In this document: piece after piece, positions 17,501-24,575 of the stretch
How positions within the stretch are numbered: the first letter of the stretch is position 1
Layout of the letters: each line of letters begins with the position of its first letter
Assembly: GCA_001781025.1 (NCBI GenBank)
Contig: MFJZ01000058.1
Span: forward strand, 34,583-83,526
Direction of reading: 5' to 3'
From: Candidatus Gottesmanbacteria bacterium RIFCSPLOWO2_01_FULL_49_10
Lineage (GTDB): Bacteria > Patescibacteriota > Microgenomatia > UBA10105 > UBA927
DNA: 48,944 bases
The notes under the pieces: generated by a model
The model's database searches: none
The model's input: only the letters and a program-made list of their open reading frames with translations
What the model was told of the DNA's origin: nothing
Program-made: the position numbers and the translations under genes

Positions 17501-18001
17501 CAAAGCACGATAAGTAATAACAAATACTATCGGCAACGCGGCATACGCAGAAAATTTTGCGCGCTCGACTATGAACCACGCCTGTAAAATAAAAAAATTA
17601 TATACATATAAAAGCGTCGTTGCTAATCTCAAAATCCAAAATTTACTTTCCGGAAAAAGCTTTCGAATAGAAAAATACATTGAAAAACTCATAACTAAAA
17701 ACCAAAATACGAAAGTGAGAGTCTGGCCCATGGCAGTCGACTTTGTAAGCGTCATAAAAATTGTCTCCGGTAATTGGGTAATCAAAAATCCTTTAAGAAC
17801 CGAAAAATCAGCACCAAAATTATGATATGAATCCCATGAGTAGAAAAGGCTTTTCAGGTATTCCAGGGAATTTACTCTGAAGCCGGAATCATGACCTAAT
17901 ACTATTTGATTACCGTGGAGCCAAAAAAGAGGGGTAAGAGAACAAGTAAAAATAACCGTAATTTCAATAATTTTTCTGAAAAGTGATTTATATTTATCCA
18001 T
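14567..18001 (-). CDS. Giant (1144 aa) polytopic membrane protein, GT-C-like with AftD/DUF3367-like N-terminus
   Basis: The N-terminal loop 'GHDSGFRVNSLEYLKSLFYSWDSYHNFGADF' resembles the AftD-family 'DTK..L..P..FL....W....FG' loop. About 480 aa of repeated hydrophobic helices follow, then about 620 aa of soluble region, then a terminal TM 'FYIGIMISMLGAGSVLCILV'. The family call is tentative. Confidence 0.6.
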   Translation of the reverse strand: MDKYKSLFRKIIEITVIFTCSLTPLFWLHGNQIVLGHDSGFRVNSLEYLKSLFYSWDSYHNFGADFSVLKGFLITQLPETIFMTLTKSTAMGQTLTFVFWFLVMSFSMYFSIRKLFPESKFWILRLATTLLYVYNFFILQAWFIVERAKFSAYAALPIVFVITYRALTKKIHPVMAGLYIGITIFFLNGGSLVPYFGGLIITTLITIIILTVIQSINDGLRSIIRTIIFIASSLFFTGFLNAYWLFPQVMDVIKSYNSTVSSLGGVNGVINWEQVVSKNSSVINLLRMQGVPDWYDSLFHPFSQAYLNNPGLIILSFVPIITIVLGASLYLRFRREAQRDQLMLVIFSVLLVGIVFAGGSHEPFGRIYIWFIKNVPGFSIFRSSIYKFGPMVWFSMAFLFGYMVNGLTFSFLKNDFFRRMVGVCAILYILAYHYPFFLGNFFDWNKPFTTRVVVPTYVTEMIDYIRQNVPSNSRILSLPTTDMTSGADGYSWGFWSSYSLVNSNINTTYITDGNPSGALTQSLIKALTDRNPNMFNVISSRLGISYFLWRDDILDTNKCLTANNFAYLKTSLESMPGVHIKKKSELWTLYALIETPRPPVEVISQIQLISDPSIVPIIFNQNNISNENIISADSSLQTTSKENLLSKFADKAAIKGRCILCDYGERHIYEDRAVFPYLNILPGSLFYQLINFKEQLQLRKFSNNPSVLFDIYSSLSFKRVTEINQLLDYGKKKERNRKLIVNNLQEYKKEITNLVDIIQKMSEVEQYKMNMVLSIYLDAQRQVLAESIRKSEFGPDKFIEILDYLNSINRKVAQQMPNIVNQQRYVFNVPDDGEYKIVSNQNIENIIDTATKSMLDSTKPIFFNRGIHILDIYISDSDQTNGITLLDQDSVVLNEYGEKEYSFPYYDDGQSYLLQFNYHIERGNNIVAIITGGTNNSCQSTQIISLEADEKWHKIRKNYTLNDRSQSIKVIFRSYDDSPARITVENLNSIPTNSPISVLLERDFSYLDRLDQPSITVQKIDPTLYSVRLENVSGPYMIKLNELFNNGWRVIPLEDIGEVGKAKDNIQKIITTIRLSTLKSNDQGHFLVDGYANGWLIQNTNAHTLIFMYEPQVMFYIGIMISMLGAGSVLCILVIHRIIKFYKL

Positions 18002-18013
18002 AATCTTATACGA

Positions 18014-19177
18014 TCAATGCAATGTTTGTCTTAATGATTTAGCGAAAATCAAATTCCATGAATACTCTCTTCCTAACTTCAGAGATCTATCTCTAAATGA
18101 TCGGAGTTTTTTTTCGTCTAAAAGCAATTTTATTATCCCCTCAGCGATTTTGTGCATGTTGTCTGAAACTGCGATACCTACCCTTCTTTTAACTATCTCT
18201 TTCCATACATCGGGCACTTTAGTGATTATGATGGGCAATCCAACAGCAAGATATGCCTTAACTTTTCCCGGATCCGTATATCGTACAAAATTATCGGGAC
18301 TGTCCACGTATGGAGCAATTGCAGCAGCACATTTTGCTAATAATGCCTCCACCTCATCATGATTTTTTATAAATCCATAAAATGTTACATACTTTTGCAG
18401 ATGTAACTTTTGCACCATATCCAAAAGCTCACTTTCCATTGGTCCCCCGCCAATGATGTCGAAATGAAAGTGCGGAAGCTTTGTTACAATCAACGGAATA
18501 GCTTCTATAACCGACTGTACTCCCTGTTTCTTCGTTAAATGGCCCATATGAGCCAAATGATAACGTTTGATCTTACTAAAAGGCACGGGGTTTGTGATAG
18601 CGTCAGTTCCTACGGGAACGACTATCTGTTTTTTTCTAATTTCCGGATCATTAAGACCCTTTCTTGAACGTTCGAGTTCCATGATTGAAGATAGATTCCA
18701 TAAAGTATCTGCGTTTTTCGCCGCAAAAGCGTCCAGCTTGTGATAGACAGCATTAATGAACGGGTTTGCAAAACGGTGGGGAATATAGTCAATAGTATAA
18801 AAAACAGTTTTTTTTACTAACCCCACCTTTTGGAGCAGTATTCCCATGCATGCATTGATGTTATCCACACCGATAAAAATATCCGTATATCCCAAGCGAA
18901 TACACCACCATAACGTCAACACTGCATCCTTTATGACACTGACAAATTGAAAAGGTACGTGCCAAGGAAAAATAATTTCCTTAACTCGTACGCCGCTGAC
19001 GTCAAAAATGCTCAAATGTGATCGTTTCTCTTTTGCAAAGACAAAGGGATGCGCGATAAATGCAAGGTGCGCAGTTTTTCCCCGTAGATAGGTTGCAAGC
19101 GCATGCGGCGGACCGGTCGCATACTCATGGGTGACAATGACCACACGCAATTGGTGAAGCTTAGCGGTTAAATTCAT
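18014..19177 (-). CDS. GT-B fold glycosyltransferase (GT4-like); paralogue of 4583..5749
   Basis: Contains 'FDIIGGGPMESELLDMV...AIAPY...YTDPGKVKAYLAVGLPIIITKVP'. ATG 19177 (MNLTAKLHQLRVVIVTHEY) was chosen. The longer ORF-track N-terminus lies inside the upstream gene. Confidence 0.75.
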   Translation of the reverse strand: MNLTAKLHQLRVVIVTHEYATGPPHALATYLRGKTAHLAFIAHPFVFAKEKRSHLSIFDVSGVRVKEIIFPWHVPFQFVSVIKDAVLTLWWCIRLGYTDIFIGVDNINACMGILLQKVGLVKKTVFYTIDYIPHRFANPFINAVYHKLDAFAAKNADTLWNLSSIMELERSRKGLNDPEIRKKQIVVPVGTDAITNPVPFSKIKRYHLAHMGHLTKKQGVQSVIEAIPLIVTKLPHFHFDIIGGGPMESELLDMVQKLHLQKYVTFYGFIKNHDEVEALLAKCAAAIAPYVDSPDNFVRYTDPGKVKAYLAVGLPIIITKVPDVWKEIVKRRVGIAVSDNMHKIAEGIIKLLLDEKKLRSFRDRSLKLGREYSWNLIFAKSLRQTLH

Positions 19178-20138
19178 GACGATACCATGCAATGGTTTGA
19201 GATAATCCCTTCTCAAGCCGGGTTGAGGCGGTGAAGTGAAGATGTTTTTGGGCCTTCGTATTGTCACTGTTTCTTCTGGGACTCCCGTCGGGCTTCGTTG
19301 TATCAAATACGATCTTGGGTGATTTTCCGCTCAATCGTACAATAATCTCTACAAGCTCTCTAATGGTCACTTCCTCATCCGTACCAAGGTTCACCGGGTC
19401 CGGCTTCGGATAGCGCTCCACAGCCTGCATCATGCCTTCTGCCAAATCTTCAACATAGAGAAATGCGCGGGTCTGACCTCCGGAGCCCCACACCACCACG
19501 GGATCCTCGCCGTCAAATACCCGTTTGATAAGAGCTGGAATGACATGGGAAGTTTTCGGGTTAAAATGATCACGCGGCCCGTAACAATTGTACGGACGGA
19601 CAATACTCACCTTCATACCATACTCTTCTGCATAATACATCCCTAGTTTTTCCGCCATGCGTTTGGCCCACCCATATCCGCCGTTGGTAGGTTCCGGTTC
19701 ATTCACGAATCCTTCTCCCTCCGCCGTCGGTACGCGGCAGACGCGGGGATACACACACGCGGAAGAAACGACAAGAAATCGTTCTACCTTTGCTAGTCTG
19801 GCTGCTTCTATCATGGTTGTTGCAATCTCCAAGTTGTCCAGAAGCATCGTCGCCTGATGCGTCCGGTTGTACTCAATGCCGCCCACGCGGGCAGCCAAAT
19901 TCATAACCACCTCCTGATCTCTACACGCCTTCAGTGCATCGTTGGGATCTGCGCAGTTGCCTTTGATAAATCTGACGCTATCTTTTAGATAGGCGATATT
20001 TTTGACGTTACCGTTTTGCAGGTTATCCAACACGGAGACGCGGGCTCCCTGCTCCACAAGTTTTTCTACGACGTGACTGCCGATGAACCCGGTACCACCG
20101 GTGACAAGAACATTTTTATCTTTCCAGAAAGTACTCAT
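19161..20138 (-). CDS. Extended-SDR epimerase/reductase, GDP-L-fucose synthase / ColC-like
   Basis: Contains 'VLVTGGTGFIGSH', 'VVSSACVYPR', 'EPEPTNGGYGWAKRMAE' and 'VVVWGSGGQTRAFLYVEDLA'. There is an ATGA overlap (20135-20138) with the ColD-like gene. Confidence 0.75.
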   Translation of the reverse strand: MSTFWKDKNVLVTGGTGFIGSHVVEKLVEQGARVSVLDNLQNGNVKNIAYLKDSVRFIKGNCADPNDALKACRDQEVVMNLAARVGGIEYNRTHQATMLLDNLEIATTMIEAARLAKVERFLVVSSACVYPRVCRVPTAEGEGFVNEPEPTNGGYGWAKRMAEKLGMYYAEEYGMKVSIVRPYNCYGPRDHFNPKTSHVIPALIKRVFDGEDPVVVWGSGGQTRAFLYVEDLAEGMMQAVERYPKPDPVNLGTDEEVTIRELVEIIVRLSGKSPKIVFDTTKPDGSPRRNSDNTKAQKHLHFTASTRLEKGLSQTIAWYRHEFNR

Positions 20139-21316
20139 GTTTGTGTAAATATCTTGATAATCGTTTCCATCTCTTTTTTCGTCAACTCCGGATTATTACC
20201 GAAGTACAACCCTTGCTCATGGATGAGTCTCGCGTTGGAGTTTGCCCATCCGCCGTTCTCTTTCACATACTTATGAAAAAATGGTTGACTCGTCATATCT
20301 CCTCCCACGACCGGACGAATCTCTACTTTCCCGTCGCAGCGTGTAACCAGTTCGTCCCGAATCTTCCCGGAGCGGCATATCACCGGGACTGCGAAATTAG
20401 AAACCACATCAATATGATCGTAGCGGATAGGAAAGTATCGATCAGTCTGTGCATAAATCGGTGCCGCCATACGAAAAAAATTTGTTTGTCTTTTGTCCAC
20501 AATATCTTCAATGTACTGCAATTGATTGTTCCCTAAAAATCCCTGTATCTCTGTCGTTCGAAAGTTATATCCTAAGTCATAAAACGTATAGCGCGAATAA
20601 AATGTTGAATTCACGTTATGTTTGAGCCGTATGATGAGCTGTTTTTGTTCCGTCAAGTTTCTATCCCACCCGTGGGCCCGGACCAACTGAAGCATGGTTT
20701 CTAGCTCTTCGTTATCGGTACACACCGCGCCCCCTTCTACTGTGGACATGTGATGCCCTACATAAAACGAAAACGTGCTTGCAAGCCCCCAGTTCCCGAG
20801 CCTTTTCTTTTTAAAGACCGTTCCTAATGCCTCACAGTTATCCTCTATCAATAATATGTTATATTTTTTGCAGTAATCTGCGATTTGGTCTATATCATCA
20901 CAAAACCCGAGAAGGTTTGTGATAAATAGAGCCTTTATCGGACGGTGTCTGCAAACGTTTTTAAGCGTCCGACTGGAGACGTTCAACGTATCCATCTCAA
21001 CATCCACAGGCACAGGGGTAAGCCCTAATTGAATAAGGGGCATGACGTCTGTGGACCACGTGAGAGCGGAAAAACCTACCGGATCGCCTTTTTTTAGTTT
21101 CCCCAAATTGAGAAGCGCTTGAATGAGCGCGAGATTAGCCGAACTTCCGCTGTTCACGAAAACACAGTGTTTACGCTTTTGATAATGTGCAAAATTTGCC
21201 TCAAATGTCCTACACTGCTGCCCGATACTCAATTTGTCCGCATGGAGAATAAAGTCACAAAGCTTCCGTTTGGTTTCCGCCTCTTTATAAAACGTTGATT
21301 TAATGAGCTTGATCAT
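20135..21316 (-). CDS. PMP-dependent NDP-4-keto-6-deoxyhexose 3-dehydratase, ColD-like
   Basis: Contains 'VNSGSSANLALIQAL', 'LLIEDNCEALG', 'TFSFYVGHHMSTVEGGAV' and 'LVRAHGWDRNL'. A His-His dyad (nt 20750-20755) sits where aminotransferases carry the Schiff-base Lys. No Fe-S cysteine cluster is present. Confidence 0.8.
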   Translation of the reverse strand: MIKLIKSTFYKEAETKRKLCDFILHADKLSIGQQCRTFEANFAHYQKRKHCVFVNSGSSANLALIQALLNLGKLKKGDPVGFSALTWSTDVMPLIQLGLTPVPVDVEMDTLNVSSRTLKNVCRHRPIKALFITNLLGFCDDIDQIADYCKKYNILLIEDNCEALGTVFKKKRLGNWGLASTFSFYVGHHMSTVEGGAVCTDNEELETMLQLVRAHGWDRNLTEQKQLIIRLKHNVNSTFYSRYTFYDLGYNFRTTEIQGFLGNNQLQYIEDIVDKRQTNFFRMAAPIYAQTDRYFPIRYDHIDVVSNFAVPVICRSGKIRDELVTRCDGKVEIRPVVGGDMTSQPFFHKYVKENGGWANSNARLIHEQGLYFGNNPELTKKEMETIIKIFTQT

Positions 21317-21333
21317 AACGATAATGTTGTATT

Positions 21334-22653
21334 CTACGTCTTTTTCGGTAAAAAATCATGTATACTTTCTGCGATAAAATCTATTTCCTCGTTGCCTAGT
21401 CCGGGATATATCCCTACAAAAAACGTATTATGAAGCACTCTGTCTGCATTTGTTAAGTCTCCGACTTTACGATACGGTACGTTGAAGTATGCCGGCTGCC
21501 TGGTGATGTTTCCGGCAAACAGTGGCCGTGTCTGTATCATGCGGCTTTCCAAAAACATCGTGATCTCATGCGTCGTAAACGGAGCCTCATCCCGTATGGT
21601 GAAAGGAAACGCAAACCAACAGGGGTCTGCCTTAGGGAGGGACCTCGGAAGAATAAAATGTTGCTCCCATCTCTTGGCGTGACCGTACATCCGCGCGAAA
21701 TTCTTTCTTCGCGCTTTCATAAATGATGGCATGCGCTTGAGCTGTTCTACTCCCATCGCCGCTTGGGGCTCTATGGGCTTAAGGTTGTAGCCTATCTGAT
21801 TAAACATGTATTTATGATCATAGGGCTTGCCACCCACACGATAGTTGAATCTGGATTTGCACGCACCGTTCATCGTTTTATCATCGCCCCTGCACCAACA
21901 GGACCGCCCCCAATCACGAAGAGATCTCGTGATGCGCTCAAAACGCAAGTCGTTGTAATGCACGGCTCCCCCCTCACCCATAGTCATGTGGTGAGGAGGA
22001 TAAAAAGATTGTGTCGAGAGAATTCCAAAGCTTCCTGTTCTTTGTCCGTCGTATTCGGATCCTAGTGCATCGCAGTTGTCTTCCACGAGCAATAAATTAT
22101 GTTTTTTACAAAACGCGACGACTGCGTCCATCTCGTTAGGATTACCCAGAGTATGGGCAAGCATTACTGCTTTCGTTTTCTTCGATAGAGCACGTTCTAA
22201 ATTGTTGGCATCGATATTGTATGTATCAGGCGTCACATCCAGAAAAACCGGTACGAGTCCATAAAGAACCATCGGGTTTACCGTGGTTGGAAATCCGCAT
22301 GCGGCCGTTATCACTTCATCACCGGGGGTCATATGCCCAGGATAAAAATATGACATGAGGGATGCAATCGCTAAAAGGTTCGAACTGGATCCTGAGTTTG
22401 TCAGAATACTTCCTTTTACACCAACAAAATGAGCCAGACCTAGCTCAAGTTCTTCGGCTTTTCTACCCAATCCGAACCAACCATCAATAAGTGATTCTAT
22501 ACTCGCGTTGATTTCTCTATCATCAAATACGCCACCTGAATATTGAATCCACGTTTTTCCCCGTATAAATTTTTTTTTTGCCTTACGGTCCGAAAAAATC
22601 TTATTTACAGCGCGTTCAATCTCTTTTCGCTTTGATTCTTCTGTTGTGTCCAT
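21334..22653 (-). CDS. rfbH: CDP-4-keto-6-deoxy-D-glucose 3-dehydrase (E1; RfbH/DdhC/AscC type)
   Basis: Resembles Salmonella RfbH over the full length by eye. Motifs include 'LIDGWFGLGR', 'TNSGSSSNLLA', 'GDEVITAACGFPTTVNP', 'LVEDNCDALG', 'SFYPPHHMTMGEGGAV', 'RDWGRSCWC', 'YDHKYMFNQIGYNLKP', 'LFAGNITRQPAY' and 'FFVGIYPGL'. Cys194/252/254/265 resemble the E1 [2Fe-2S] motif. Confidence 0.92.
   Translation of the reverse strand: MDTTEESKRKEIERAVNKIFSDRKAKKKFIRGKTWIQYSGGVFDDREINASIESLIDGWFGLGRKAEELELGLAHFVGVKGSILTNSGSSSNLLAIASLMSYFYPGHMTPGDEVITAACGFPTTVNPMVLYGLVPVFLDVTPDTYNIDANNLERALSKKTKAVMLAHTLGNPNEMDAVVAFCKKHNLLLVEDNCDALGSEYDGQRTGSFGILSTQSFYPPHHMTMGEGGAVHYNDLRFERITRSLRDWGRSCWCRGDDKTMNGACKSRFNYRVGGKPYDHKYMFNQIGYNLKPIEPQAAMGVEQLKRMPSFMKARRKNFARMYGHAKRWEQHFILPRSLPKADPCWFAFPFTIRDEAPFTTHEITMFLESRMIQTRPLFAGNITRQPAYFNVPYRKVGDLTNADRVLHNTFFVGIYPGLGNEEIDFIAESIHDFLPKKT
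22570..22579. repeat. Homopolymer T10 (A10 on the coding strand) in codons 25-28 of rfbH
   Basis: Counted directly. The tract encodes A-K-K-K (gcA AAA AAA AAA). Confidence 0.9.
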
Positions 22654-22665
22654 ACAACAAAATAC

Positions 22666-23571
22666 TTATTTATCCTTGTAATACTCTATTGTTTTCAACA
22701 ATCCAGCTTCAAGCGGTGTCTTGGGAACCCAATGCAATATTTTCTTTGCGCGTGTAATATCCATGTTCCAGACATCTGACTCTAAAACCCTGTCTGGAAA
22801 AGCTCCGTAACGGATAGATGATGTACTTTGACATAATTTTACGATCTTTTCAACTACTGACTTGAGCGTATACGATTTACCGCCGCCAATATTCACAATA
22901 GCTGAATTTTTCCTATCGGACCAATCCAAACATGCTAGTAATGCATCAACGACGTCTTCGACGAATATATAGTCTCTCAGTTTTTTTCCTGAATTTAACG
23001 GTATTTCTTTTCCATGAAGCGCTTTCATAATAATACTTGGAATAAACCGCTTTTCAGTTTCTCCGGGACCGTACATGGTGCTAACTCTAAGTATTAGGAC
23101 AGAAAATCCAAAATACTTTCCGTACATACTACATATATGTTCTCCTGCCAGTTTCGTCATGGCATAGGGTGACGGGGGATGGGTCAAGGACGTTTCTTCT
23201 TTATAGGGTATGGATGCGTCTCCATATACTTCTTCTGTGCTAACATAAATAAATAGTTTGGGTGCATGACCACGTGTCGCTTCCAGTAGATTCAGGGTTC
23301 CCAAAATATTTGCATCAATGCATTTCTTTGCTACATCAAAATCCCGCGTCAAATTTACAAGTCCCCCCAAATGAACGATGACGTCCGCCTCTATATCAGC
23401 CACTAATTTTTGCAAACCCGAAAAGACAGTAAGATCCATGGTAGATATGTTACGCGCAGGATTCGCGTGCCGACTAAACAGATGCGTTTGATAATGACGA
23501 AGATCAATCCTACGAGCGAAATGACTCCCCAAAAAACCTGTTGCACCGGTAAGCATGAGATTTTTTTTCAT
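22666..23571 (-). CDS. Extended-SDR NAD(P)-dependent epimerase/reductase; candidate NDP-4-ketohexose reductase
   Basis: Contains 'LTGATGFLGSHF', 'VSTEEVYG' and 'SPYAMTKLAGE' (YxxxK). It sits directly downstream of rfbH. The specific role, for example paratose or abequose synthase-like, is only a guess. Confidence 0.75.
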   Translation of the reverse strand: MKKNLMLTGATGFLGSHFARRIDLRHYQTHLFSRHANPARNISTMDLTVFSGLQKLVADIEADVIVHLGGLVNLTRDFDVAKKCIDANILGTLNLLEATRGHAPKLFIYVSTEEVYGDASIPYKEETSLTHPPSPYAMTKLAGEHICSMYGKYFGFSVLILRVSTMYGPGETEKRFIPSIIMKALHGKEIPLNSGKKLRDYIFVEDVVDALLACLDWSDRKNSAIVNIGGGKSYTLKSVVEKIVKLCQSTSSIRYGAFPDRVLESDVWNMDITRAKKILHWVPKTPLEAGLLKTIEYYKDK

Positions 23572-23572
23572 A

Positions 23573-24574
23573 TTAAAGACGTATTGTACGCTTAATAATG
23601 GCTCTTCCGTAGGAAAGAAGGTATATCCAACAAATCAGCGGATGGACAAACCAGGCGACATCGGCGATATAGAAAAATCCACGTAATGCGTCAAAACATG
23701 GCTTCACCATGGTCATGGTATAAAAAATATAAAGGAGTAACTTCATGTTGCTTTTTGTTGAATGAGGATCATAGATAAGATAACGACGGTTCGTCTCTGA
23801 CGCAAGATAATAATGAGATAAAAATGCGATACGCTTTTTCATAAGCGCAGGAAGACTCACCGCCGTGTCATGAATAACATCATTTTTTACAATCGCAAAT
23901 CTTCTATGTCCACTTTTTATAGCATCGACAAATACATCAATGTGCAAAAAATCTTTTGGAGTACTTTTTGAATACTTAAGAAGTATATCCCTACGATACA
24001 CAACCCCATTACATCCCACTGTCGGCAGAGTGTTCGTATCGAATTCCACTACTGTATATGCCCGTCTGTCCGAAATGATTTTTCCCGATGTCCAACACTT
24101 TTGATACCGAGGAAGCCTATCCGGCCGTCCAATATAGTAAACAATAGGATCGACATTTCCGAATAATCCAACATATCTGTTATAAAGGGAATCGGTTCTC
24201 CGATACCCATAGTACATGGTGCCCGCATGAATAACCATCGGATCCTCCATAAATGGCCGTACCATTTGACGCAGCCACAGCCGTGTTGGCAAATAATTAT
24301 CCGCATCGATCGATACAATGAGGTTATGTGATGCTAACTTGAGGCCAATAGCCCGTTGTGCCTCTGCATTTTTAAGTATTGGACTGGCTATAACACGAAA
24401 ATGGAATTTTTTAAATATTGCAACTGTCTCGTCAATGGATCCACCGTCTATTGCCAAATACTCAATGTTATCTTGCGGATAATCTTGGTCTTTGATGCCC
24501 CGAAGACATTCGCTAAGGGTCCGTTCATTATTTAAACTCACGATAACGATGCTTATGTATGGCAATGCCTTCAT
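23573..24574 (-). CDS. Family-2 glycosyltransferase with a C-terminal membrane segment; paralogue of 1478..2488
   Basis: Contains 'ISIVIVSLNNERTLSECLRGIKDQDYPQDNIEYLAIDGGSIDET...SIDADN' and the C-terminal 'LLLYIFYTMTMVKPCFDALRGFFYIADVAWFVHPLICWIYLLSY'. The start at ATG 24574 gives an N-terminus matching the paralogue. ATG 24583 is the alternative. Confidence 0.8.
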   Translation of the reverse strand: MKALPYISIVIVSLNNERTLSECLRGIKDQDYPQDNIEYLAIDGGSIDETVAIFKKFHFRVIASPILKNAEAQRAIGLKLASHNLIVSIDADNYLPTRLWLRQMVRPFMEDPMVIHAGTMYYGYRRTDSLYNRYVGLFGNVDPIVYYIGRPDRLPRYQKCWTSGKIISDRRAYTVVEFDTNTLPTVGCNGVVYRRDILLKYSKSTPKDFLHIDVFVDAIKSGHRRFAIVKNDVIHDTAVSLPALMKKRIAFLSHYYLASETNRRYLIYDPHSTKSNMKLLLYIFYTMTMVKPCFDALRGFFYIADVAWFVHPLICWIYLLSYGRAIIKRTIRL

Positions 24575-24575
24575 A

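Noticed and set aside
18014-19306. Long N-terminal extensions proposed by the ORF track. This one is an example; the others are 37805..39475, 43344..44594, 44495..45166, 45821..47644, 28918..30081 and 30032..31096
   Set aside because: The extensions run through the 3' end of the upstream gene and encode Arg/Lys-rich or odd sequence. In each case an internal ATG or GTG starts at the conserved N-terminus. It often creates a 4-nt overlap with, or lies a few nt beyond, the upstream stop.
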